NCBI GenBank assembly: GCA_002811645.1
Contig: PDIP01000040.1
Coordinates: forward strand, 1 to 36,972
DNA length: 36,972 nucleotides
Origin: Corallochytrium limacisporum Hawaii
Lineage: Eukaryota > Protista > Pluriformea
Direction of reading: 5' to 3'
In this document: positions 10,269 through 19,957 of the stretch, piece by piece
Layout of the letters: each line of letters opens with the position of its first letter
Numbering within the stretch: position 1 is the first letter of the stretch
Translations under genes and position numbers: made by a program
Notes under the pieces: model-generated
Seen by the model: only the letters and a program-made list of their open reading frames with translations
The model's database searches: none
Told to the model about the DNA's origin: nothing

Positions 10269-11354
10269 TTACCTTCCTTATCCCATCTTCTCGCCAAGTG
10301 GCACAAAGTTATCTATAGGCTTAGGGCATGCTCGCGCTTGTGTCGCCGCTAGACAGTCATGCCACTCCCACTATCTGCAGGATGTCCATTGCTATAACAG
10401 TCTTCGCCCAAGAATACATAGGTCATATCCCCAAAACAACAAGCATCGGACATCATCATGGGTTCGTTGACAACGGTAGTCTTGTAGTCTTTTCGTCGCA
10501 AAGGCCACCATTAAGAGCATCTGTCTGTCTTCTCCTTGAGTGTCCGATCTCCCACCTGACTGTCTTACTGACTTTCTGTGACCAACGTTTCTTCCAACTG
10601 AAAATCTGCGTAGGCGGGCGTACCTTAATGCGGAACAATTGTACAGGACAATCATATTGTCTTGGTGAAAGGACGTATTAGACCCTGTTGTTGATTTCTT
10701 ATTTCTAATCCCACCAACACATCCCATACTAACGAACTACTTTATCGTATCTTCGTTCTCCCCGGAACGGCGGGGCATTACTCTGCGCCTGCTCCCGAGC
10801 GCGCTCCCCCGATCCCCGCGCCCCACCAATCCCCCTTCCCCGCCTCTGAAACCCTTTCAGCCATTCGCACCAACGACCCACCCAGGCTTCAAGGCTTTTC
10901 CCCCCTTGGACCAACGTGGGACTCCCTCTAGAAATCTTTGGGCCGAGTTTTCCCGAACCACTGTTTCAGGGGGTTACTCTGGGCAAAAGGGGTGAAAGGG
11001 AGGGCAATTTTTCTTTCTTTTTTTCTTGGAAAATTTTCTCCCCGGTTCTGCCTTTGACTCCCTTTGTTTGTTGGGCACTATTTCTTCTGTGCGCGAACAG
11101 GGCCCCCCCCGCCCCGGCCCGGGGGCCCCGTTTTGTTGTGCCAAGTCGTCCTTTCAATCTTGATCCTGATTAGAGTGGAACCTGCGACGCTCCGAGCACC
11201 GATTGTGGCTTCACGCACGGCGATACTGGTTGGCAGTCACACACAGCAGTACGTACCCTGCTTGGCTCCTCTACAGCAACTAAACATTCTATTGGGCGTT
11301 TTGCGATGGCGGTCTATTGATCGTTGGTGCGGGAGAACCGAGGAAAGGAGAGAG

Positions 11355-11784
11355 CTACCAAATGTATGGCCCATATTTAATACCCCGCTGCAGGACACTG
11401 CGCAGTTTTCTAATCTCAACTACCAATTTGGTAGGATCAGCGGTGTTCAGGGCCCGGTCACCGGAGACGGCCTGGGTACCCTGGAACGGGTCCCTCCAAC
11501 CTCCGGTGCAGTCGCCATATAAAGTACACGGCTGCCCGTTTGCAAGGGCACTTTCGCTAGGGGTCCAGAAATTGGTTACACAGGTTGACGTAGCACATTC
11601 TTCATTGCTAGAGCAAGGTGTGTTGATACCGCGAAGGCAGCACGATGAGGGTGAACATGTCAAAGTATGTAGGGAACATGGTCCATGTCCACAGCACTTG
11701 AATGGCCGCAGTGCAACCTTCATTTGTGTAGCACACACCTGATTCGAAATTAAACCCCTTCTTCACGAATGAAATTGGTTTCAT
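11355..11784 (-). pseudogene. Degenerate Cys-rich protein fragment
   Basis: Modules GINTPCSSNEECATSTC and LANGQPCTLYGDC resemble the C-x5-C-x4-C repeats of Cys-rich secreted proteins. No signal peptide, and Cys-rich text also appears in a second frame (SGVCYTNEGC). Confidence 0.35.
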
Positions 11785-11885
11785 GCTCTAGTGTTTGTCT
11801 CTACAAACACTGATACATGTCCCTTTCATATCAGCATTGAGAATTGAAATACGCCGATGGCTGCTGCTGTGCTTTTGCGATGACT

Positions 11886-12701
11886 TTATATCTCTAGAAG
11901 TTCTTCATATGGGCGCTCCAGACAGCGCCAGGCACCTTGAGTACGCTGACAAACAAGATCATCTTCACACTCCCAAGTTTGGTAGAATGTCTCACCATAG
12001 TCAAATTCGCCGGTGGGAACCCGGCAAATACCACCCTCTGGAACATAGGCAATGCAAGAGGATTCCGTGCCATTGACCTCGGCAACTCCGCAATAGAATG
12101 AATCATTGCAGCACGGAGATATATCAGAGCTCCAGCAGCCTGTCTGCCAGTCTGGAATGCACTGTTCTTCGCTAACACATGTTCCCGTACCCAAACCGTT
12201 CTCGTCGTCCTTGCAGATCAAACCCTCCTTACACTTGAAAAAGGGTCCTCGGGAGAAGCAGGAGTCTCCTTCGTCTAGATAGTCATAGCACTCCATTAGG
12301 GAAGAATGGCAGTACTGAGTGTCATCGCAGTACTGGTTGGTTGCGACAAAGTTGGTCTCCCCTGGATAGATGCGGGAGTCATAGCCACAGAATATCTTTC
12401 CCTCTGGAGTGTCTTGGCATGTTGCTTCGGTTCCGTCCTCGTTATTGATGCACTGTAGGTAACTTTCACAGATCCATTGCTGGATCTCGCCGTTTGTGGA
12501 GCAAATGTCGCCTTCTGGAACGTGTGGAATGCACTGAGTACCCTCGTCGTCTAGGTTGGCCTTAGAACAGTATCCGGAGCAACAGTCGTCCTGATCCCCA
12601 TCGCAGGCATTCCATAAGTCAACGCAGTATTCGCCAGCCGCAGCTGCATCGCGGACGCCCGACACAATGGCCAGAGGAGCGATGATGTAGACACTCTTCA
12701 T
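11886..12701 (-). CDS. Secreted Cys-rich protein with two CBM1/knottin-like modules (271 aa)
   Basis: Signal peptide MKSVYIIAPLAIVSGVRDAAA. Modules CVDLWNACDGDQDDCCSGYC...TQCIP and CIPDWQTGC...PCC...YC...SSCIA are each followed by VPEG.IC...W.CE..L.C. No membrane anchor. Confidence 0.85.
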   Translation of the reverse strand: MKSVYIIAPLAIVSGVRDAAAAGEYCVDLWNACDGDQDDCCSGYCSKANLDDEGTQCIPHVPEGDICSTNGEIQQWICESYLQCINNEDGTEATCQDTPEGKIFCGYDSRIYPGETNFVATNQYCDDTQYCHSSLMECYDYLDEGDSCFSRGPFFKCKEGLICKDDENGLGTGTCVSEEQCIPDWQTGCWSSDISPCCNDSFYCGVAEVNGTESSCIAYVPEGGICRVPTGEFDYGETFYQTWECEDDLVCQRTQGAWRCLERPYEELLEI

Positions 12702-12794
12702 GTTGCTTTCTGATACTTCAGTTCAGGTAGATTTTTTAGACGGTTGCTGTTTACCTGTGGGTGTTTTGCATCAGGCGGGCTAGATCGGGATCGT

Positions 12795-12803
12795 TTAAGT
12801 ACC
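12795..12803 (-). promoter_or_regulatory. TATA-like element GGTACTTAA
   Basis: 94 bp upstream of the ATG at 12701. Confidence 0.5.
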
Positions 12804-13261
12804 CGCGTGGGTAAGCGTTCGGACCGCATTGTCACCGCGGGCACAAATTCATGTCATGAAAAAATCTCATTCAAGAAAAGTGCTGACTAGAGACTGTTCC
12901 TCTCCAGAATCAAACCTTCCTTATATGACTAATAATTAGCATGAACGCATAGTGACGACCTTACTCTGCCGCACCCCAAAAGAGGTTTGCGTACAGACGA
13001 AGGCCAAGTGTGAATCCTTTCATCATCATCTTTCTTTACAATCAGAGCATAGAGATGTCTCTGTCCATATCCCTTGGAACGTGTCGTAGTGAGTCATCTA
13101 ACGCCGATGGCCCCATTTGGAAGACGAGCAAACAAGGCTCTGGGCTTGTGATAATTATGATGAGATGATGGTGAGCACAAGTGAGCATTAGGTCTGGTGA
13201 TACCGCTCGAATCTCCGTTCAATTCCTCACTTAAAATGGATCTAGCAGGATACTAAAGCAG

Positions 13262-13960
13262 ATATGCATAATGCACACAGATGTACCGGCGTACGAGACC
13301 GGTTTATCCTTGTACATGGTCTCTTGGGAGTTCGCACTCGTTGGCAAGGACCTCAATCCCAGAGTTTTGGAGGCAGTCTTGCTGTTCTAGCACTGCAGAG
13401 GGTGAAGGTGCGCACCGTAGATTAAGGAGCACACAAGAAAGCATGCAACTTTACAGAACGGGAAGCAAGGCTGCAGTTCCTGGTCTGGATGACGAAGGTT
13501 TTGGTTCCCGCGTTTCCTTCTGTGTTGGGTCCGTAGGAACTTGACCGCACTCGGGCTACCTTCCCGACAGGGTCAGTTGCTTGCCCTCTGCGATACGTGG
13601 TTACGTAGTGAGGAAACCGGGGTGGCGTCCGGACGGTGGCAGGGGACCCTCTGAGAGAAGCGGAGCACGGGGAAATGGGCCGGGAGATTGGCTCCCCACC
13701 ATCCGGCCCCGCCCCAGGCCGGGGGAAACAAAAGTGATTGGCGCTCCCGTCCCCGGCGACATTGTCCGGTATGCTTCGATGACGAGGTAATGATGCGCAC
13801 ATGATGCGCACATGACCGGCAGATGGCGCACAGGTGTTACGGACGTGGTATGGGGCTGGAAGGGCTAAAAGTCATACATTTTTGACACGGGGAGAAAATG
13901 GTGAAGTGATTGATGGATTCTTTGCTTTTCGAGAAAATCACTATTTTCTGCTGTAGTCGC
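13262..13960 (+). repeat. About 700-bp duplicated intergenic element, copy 1
   Basis: Colinear with 16040..16725 (shared blocks ccggcgtacgagac, catgcaact, gcttgccctctgcg, gcttcgatgacgagg.aatgatgcgca.atgatgcgcacatgaccggcagatggcgca, aaagtcatacatttttga). Confidence 0.85.
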
Positions 13961-14654
13961 CCGATCTTTGTTCCGTACACATCTCCGAAGGAGGTGTACT
14001 GGGGAGAAGTCGATCTTGCTTACGACCTCAGTCATGCAGGGCTGGGCTTACCTTTGGAAGAAACTCCTGATTCGAAAAGCTCAACAAGCTGCCATAGTAT
14101 TACGGCTCCTAGTGATCTTTTCGACCATCCACAAGAACGTTAGATTTGCAAACATGACTTGTCTAGTAAACGATTCTCTCAGGATGAAAGCTGCTACCTC
14201 ACGGTCTCGGGAGTTACAAAGTTGTTTGAAATGAAAGCACACGAATCGTGCCAAGAAGAATCTTTTAATGACCCAAATCTAACAATTAGAGTGTTTGCCA
14301 TTCGTCGACCTTGACTGCAAAGGTTATATGAGAGGCGTGTCTCCTTATCATTTGTGCAACAAGATAGTTGGTGTTGCACCGGCTCCTCATTGCAGCGTGG
14401 ATCATCTGGCTTTCGAGGGGATTGTCTTATAATTTTATGGATTACTTGTTGATCTGTTGTCGATTGGTTCGCACGGAGCTGGGACAGTTTATGTGCGCAG
14501 ACCCCGATCATATGGAAGTGGGAAATTGGCAAATCAGTGCCAAACTCAACTGAACTACTATTGATCCACATGTTCTCTGCACCCACTCAGCGCACGTGGA
14601 GAGTCACTGGCATTACCACGTATTTTGTGTCGACGGGTATAGACACCTGTCCGT

Positions 14655-15551
14655 TTACATCAGATTGATGGCGAGCAGACCCGATGCGAGGGCGATCATG
14701 GACGGTTCAGCGAAACTGGCAGTGCTTGTTCCCTCAGCATCGTCAACTTCAGCATCACCTGGCCCATTGCTGCCATTGTCGCCGCCTTCAGTTCCGGTCT
14801 CCTGTTCATTATCACCAGTTCCGCCGTCTTCTTGTCCATTTCCGCCGTCATCTTGTCCATTTCCGCCATTTCCGCCGTCCTCTCTGCCCGGCTCTTGAAC
14901 GTTGTCATCAGTGTTGTTGTCCACTGGTCTCGGCTCTTGATCGTTGTCATCAGTGTTGTTGTCCACTGGTCTTGGCTCTTGATCGTTGTCATTATTGTTG
15001 TTGTTCTCCTCCGGTTCCGTCACTGCACCGTTGTTGTTCGCCCCTTGTTCGACGACGCAGCGACTAAAGATGCTAGGGGATTCTTCTTTCACGCAGATCA
15101 AACCCTCCTTACATTCAAAGAAGGGCCCCTTGCCCTTGCAGGTTGCTCCCTCGTCCAGGTAGTCCCAGCACTTGGATAGTACTGGATAGCAGTATTGGGT
15201 GTCATCGCAGAACCCGTTGTTATCAATGGAGTTGTCGGCGGTGTTGTCAGAGCCACAGTAAACCGTTCCGGCCGGAGTGGCCTGGCACGTGGCTTCGGTT
15301 GCGTCCTCGCTTATGATGCATCGCAGGTTTTCCTCACACACCCAGTATTGGTTAAAGCCGTCTACGGAGCAAATGTCGCTTTCAGGAACATGTGGAATGC
15401 ACTGAGTACTCTCGTCGTCCGGGTTCGCCTTCGAGCAGTATCCAGAACAGCACTCGTCCTGAGCTCCGTCGCAGGGGCTCCACAATTCAACGCAGTTAGC
15501 ACAGGCTCTCGAAACAATGGCAAGAGTGGCGAGGGTGTAGACATTCTTCAT
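14655..15551 (-). CDS. GPI-anchored Cys-rich surface protein, paralog of 11886..12701 (about 298 aa)
   Basis: Start MKNVYTLATLAIVSRACA aligns with the paralog (the ATG at 15575 is an alternative). Same N-terminal Cys modules, then an acidic N/D/G stalk and a GPI-signal-like end (GTSTASFAEPSMIALASGLLAINLM). Confidence 0.85.
   Translation of the reverse strand: MKNVYTLATLAIVSRACANCVELWSPCDGAQDECCSGYCSKANPDDESTQCIPHVPESDICSVDGFNQYWVCEENLRCIISEDATEATCQATPAGTVYCGSDNTADNSIDNNGFCDDTQYCYPVLSKCWDYLDEGATCKGKGPFFECKEGLICVKEESPSIFSRCVVEQGANNNGAVTEPEENNNNNDNDQEPRPVDNNTDDNDQEPRPVDNNTDDNVQEPGREDGGNGGNGQDDGGNGQEDGGTGDNEQETGTEGGDNGSNGPGDAEVDDAEGTSTASFAEPSMIALASGLLAINLM
14819..14990 (-). repeat. Coding tandem repeats in the stalk: 21-bp (GGNGQ[DE]D) and 42-bp (DNDQEPRPVDNNTD) units
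   Basis: Directly visible repeated units. Confidence 0.85.
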
Positions 15552-15646
15552 GTTTGAGCTTCTTGTGTTTGACATCCTTTAGATTCTTCAGACAGTTTTG
15601 GGTACCTCAGGGATCTTTTCGAACTAGGTGAGCCGGATCGAGACCC

Positions 15647-15655
15647 TTAAATACC
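15647..15655 (-). promoter_or_regulatory. TATA-like element GGTATTTAA
   Basis: 96 bp upstream of the ATG at 15551. Confidence 0.5.
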
Positions 15656-16039
15656 TGCGTGCGCAGGGAGCTGGAAGCCATTGCCCTCGCGGGTGCAGAC
15701 GTGTATCATCAAAGAGATCTCGTTCGAGTGAAAATAACCCACTGAAGATGTATCACTCCAAAGTCAATCCTCAATATTTGCTCACCCACAATGTGCAAGC
15801 ACGAACCCCATCATGATCACATTGTTCAATCAGAGAACCAAGGGGTGGTAGCCCATTTCCATTGCAATCTGTCGTATGCGGGACGCGTGATCTAGCGTTC
15901 AGGGCACCATTTCAACACCGGCGAACAATGTTCAATCCTAATAAAGATTTTGATGATGAGAGTGATGGCAAGGATGGCATGGCGGGTGAGACTGTAATCA
16001 ATTCTTCAAATGGATCCAACAGCATCATGCTGACGCAAA

Positions 16040-16725
16040 AATGCATGACACAACAGCTGTGCCGGCGTACGAGACTGTTTTGTCATTGTACATGCTCCCT
16101 TCGACCTCGTACTCGCGGCCCTCCAACGCGGAGTTTCGAGACAAAAGCTTCGCGATGGCAGCATTGCAGCTGGTGCACATAGTGTACCAAGACATACTCA
16201 CCGAAACATGCAACTCTACAGACAGGGAAATAACGCCATAGTTACTGGTCCGGATGATGAGGCTTTTGATTCACAGTTTGCCGGCCTTACTGTGTTGGCC
16301 CTGTTGGCATTTGACCGCCCTCAAGCCGCCTTTCCCGACCGGGACAGTCGCTTGCCCTCTGCGGCAGGTGGCTACGTAGTCAGCGAACCGGGGGTCCTGG
16401 ACGGGGGGGGAGAAACCTTCGAGAGAAGGGGGTGCTGGGCCAATCGACCGCAGGCGACTTATGGCGGATTTTCGGAGAGGGGAGGGGGAGGAAACAGAGA
16501 CTTGCCCATGACCCTCCCCGGCGAGAATGTCCAGAATGCTTCGATGACGAGGGAATGATGCGCAGATGATGCGCACATGACCGGCAGATGGCGCATAGGT
16601 GATGCGGCCGTGGTATGGGCAGAAAGCGCTGAAAGTCATACATTTTTGATACGGGGAGAAGATGGTGAAATGATCTATACATTCGTCGCTTTTCAAGACA
16701 ATCGCACTACTGTGCTGTTGTCGCA
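16040..16725 (+). repeat. About 700-bp duplicated intergenic element, copy 2
   Basis: Homologous to 13262..13960, offset about 2.77 kb. Confidence 0.85.
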
Positions 16726-16988
16726 CGGCTGTAGGAGAAAATTGCCTCTCCCTTGAAAGAACATCAGATTCGACTGGTCCAGATCGCAGCGCCCCGCTTG
16801 TGTATGCAAAAGTTCCCTCAGAATAAGTTGATCATAAGGTACCTCACAGACTCAGAACTTAAAAGGTTGTTTTACATTTGAGCACAAAAATCATGTTCAG
16901 AATCATCTTTTTCATGACAGTAATCTGATGACTACAGAGTTGGATTTTCATTGACATTGTATATATAAGGGACGTTACATCCGAACAG

Positions 16989-19290
16989 ATGACTTTACTT
17001 TCGCATATTTCAGTGTTCCTTTTGCTTACAGTGTTCAGCTCTTTTGCACAGGAGTGCACCTTTGAGGAGCCCTGTCCAGGAGGCACTGTAACCACTGACA
17101 TTGCCCTCTGCAGTGACGACTGCACTGGCAACTGTTGTGAACAAATCCAAGGTGGTGATTGTAGCGAATTCACGTGCACTGTCCCAAAGCCAGGACCGGT
17201 AACATGCGATGGCCCATGTACTGAAGATGACTGCTGTGAGACAGAGTATACATGTGAAGACATCACCTGCGATGTCCCGAAGCCAGGGCCGATAACATGC
17301 GATAGTCCATGCACTGAAGATGACTGCTGTGAGCCAGAACCGCCAGAGACAGAGCATACATGTGAAGACTTCAACTGCAATGTCCCGAAGCCAGGGCTGA
17401 TAACATGCGATAGTCCATGCACTGAAACTGACTGCTGTGAGACAGAGCATACATGTAAAGACATCNNNNNNNNNNNNNNNNNNNNNNNNNNNNNNNNNNN
17501 NNNNNNNNNNNNNNNNNNNNNNNNNNNNNNNNNNNNNNNNNNNNNNNNNNNNNNNNNNNNNNNNNNNNNNNNNNNNNNNNNNNNNNNNNNNNNNNNNNNN
17601 NNNNNNNNNNNNNNNNNNNNNNNNNNNNNNNNNNNNNNNNNNNNNNNNNNNNNNNNNNNNNACCTGTGATGTCCCGAAGCCAGGGCCGATAACATGCGAT
17701 AGTCCATGCACTGAAACTGACTGCTGTGAGCCAGAGCATACATGTAAAGACATCACCTGTGATGTCCCGAAGCCAGGGCCGATAACATGCGATAGTCCAT
17801 GCACTGAAACTGACTGCTGTGAGCCAGAGCATACATGTAAAGACATCACCTGTGATGTCCCGAAGCCAGGGCCGATAACATGCGATAGTCCATGCACTGA
17901 AACTGACTGCTGTGAGCCAGAGCATACATGTAAAGACATCACCTGTGATGTCCCGAAGCCAGGGCCGATAACATGCGATAGTCCATGTACTGAAGCTGAC
18001 TGCTGTGACTCAAAGCCTAATTGTGAGGGCTATGACTGCCCCCGCAACAAGGTTGCAAGGCCGGGCCAGCCATCGTGTTCTCGTTCGCCATGCACTGACG
18101 ATGACTGTTGTAATCTGCCTCCCACTGGAAATTGCGACGACTATACATGCCCCGATGGCTACTACAATCTCCTCGGTACTTGTACCAACGCCCAGTGCAC
18201 TCGTTCAGAATGCTGTGATGAAGTTGGCGACTGTGATGACCGTGAGTGCCCCGAAGGACTCGTCAAGAAAGAGCCACCCAGCCCTTGTGCTGCGGCCGAA
18301 TGTGAGGCCGGCGAATGCTGTGAGCAAGTTGGCGTCTGTGATGACTTTGAGTGCCCCGAAGGATTCGCCACACGAGCGGAATCCGGCCTCTGCGCTGCGC
18401 CCGAATGTGAGATTGATGAGTGTTGTGAGCCTGACAATGCCTGCCGCGAGATTGAGTGTCCCGATGACTTGTTTCCTGAGCCGAGTCAATGTACACAGGA
18501 CACCTGCACGGTGGATGACTGCTGTGCGGCCCGTGCAGTTTGTGACGAAAGTCTTTGCGGTGAGGATTTCTACTTTAGCGGCGAAGGAAAGCTCTGCCAA
18601 CGTGATCCATGCAGAGGCAATGAATGCTGCACTCGTGTAGGCACCTGCGATAATTTTGAATGTGGCGACGATGCCACAAAGAAAGCTGGTGGACAGTGTG
18701 CGGTGTCAATGTGTCAGCATAGTGAATGCTGTACGGTCACTCCGGTCACCACGTCGTGCGTCGGTTACGACTGCGGTGAAGCAGACAAGAAAGAGAATGG
18801 AACGTGTGACGAGTCAGGTTGCACATCACAGAGCTGCTGCTCTACTGTTGCAGTAACAGCAGAAGGCCAATCCGAGGACTCCATTACGAGTGATCCCGCC
18901 TTCATTGTGCCGGTTGCAATAGGCGCAGTGATCTTGATTGCTGCGACTGCTTGGCTGGTGGTCTTCATACGCCGAAGGAGGGTTAACGCTGCCCATAGCT
19001 ACACACCAAGTGAACTACCGTGGAGCGACATGTCTTTCAAACGCGGTGGCAATGACCCCGGCCAATGGCGGAACAGTTCCAATTTCGACACTCCATCTTC
19101 CATGCCCAGTGCGTCTCTGCCCACCGAAGAATCGCCCTATTCCGGTTCCCATTACTCGGGCGTAAAGAATCCACTAGCAACACCCATAGCAGGGCGTGCC
19201 TTGCCCGATCCCGGCCCAGAGCCCGTCTACGATACAATTGCCCACAGCTACGAGGACGTGATGCCCACCACCCAACCCAATCTCACATAG
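16989..19290 (+). CDS. Type-I membrane Cys-repeat receptor/adhesin with tyrosine-motif cytoplasmic tail (spans an assembly gap)
   Basis: Signal peptide MTLLSHISVFLLLTVFSSFA. About 20 six-Cys repeats ending in CC, a TM helix (PAFIVPVAIGAVILIAATAWLVVFI) followed by RRRR, and a tail with YSGV, YDTI and YEDV. The two listed ORFs join across the N gap. Confidence 0.88.
17165..18008 (+). repeat. 93-bp (31-aa) coding minisatellite TCKDITCDVPKPGPITCDSPCTETDCCEPEH
   Basis: Identical units start at 17662, 17755 and 17848, with a near-identical unit at 17941 and variant units before the gap. Confidence 0.95.
17466..17661. other. Assembly gap (196 N) inside the 93-bp array
   Basis: The flanks GACATC | ACCTGT are contiguous in repeat phase. 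Confidence 0.98.
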
Positions 19291-19957
19291 GGAGGCCACT
19301 GCCGGGACCCGCTCAATCCCACCCTCGTTTCGACGGAGCAGGGGTACACCGGCCAAGGTTCTGGCAAGAAGACTCGTGCTTGCCACTTGTTTCCATAGTT
19401 TAACCCATACAGAGTAATCGTTTTCTCATCCCGAGACCTGCCTTGCACCCCGTTTTCATCGCGAAGGGATCCAAACATTTCCTTACAACCAACCAACCCC
19501 ACTCGCGCCCGGGGGAGGGGAAGGGGGGGGGGAAGTAGGAGAAGGTTCCGCCACTGGCAGAAAGGAAACTCGACAGGAGAGAATACGGTACATTCAGTAC
19601 CAAGTTCCCCCGCGGTCGTGCCACTAGGAGGGTGGGACCACATTCCATTCTTCCGGGCCGGACAGGAAGGTTTGGGGGGGGGGGGGCTGATTTTCCGAGA
19701 GCGGGAGTCCTGGACTCCAACGACGAGGGTGACGCGTACCCCTGCCTGCTCACTGGCACGGCGCTATGGTAATTCGGTTGGGTAGACTGAAGGCGACCCG
19801 CGGAGGGGGGGAAGAAAGGAAAGCAAATTTCACGTGCATGCATAGCTGGATACTTGGTGTGTATTGTGATTCGGCCAGAAGGAGCTTTATGGAGGTTAAC
19901 CGCCGGGCATGTGCATGTGGACCTTTGTGAAGAAATATCCGTGGTCAGCTAGGAACC

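Noticed and set aside
11790-11811. Perfect 9-bp hairpin AGTGTTTGT-CTCT-ACAAACACT downstream of the Cys-rich gene
   Set aside because: A single short palindrome is plausible by chance in 37 kb, and there is no supporting context.
13422-16726. Similar minus-strand ORFs 13422..13811 and 16271..16726 as a protein family
   Set aside because: The similarity follows from the DNA duplication. A 1-bp indel near 13855 breaks the frame relative to copy 2, and neither listed start is an ATG.
16859-17942. Long minus-strand ORFs across the repeat array
   Set aside because: Antisense frames of the repeat, inflated by the N gap.
17662-18008. 93-bp repeats as a CRISPR-like array
   Set aside because: No unique spacers; this is an in-frame coding minisatellite in a eukaryotic gene.
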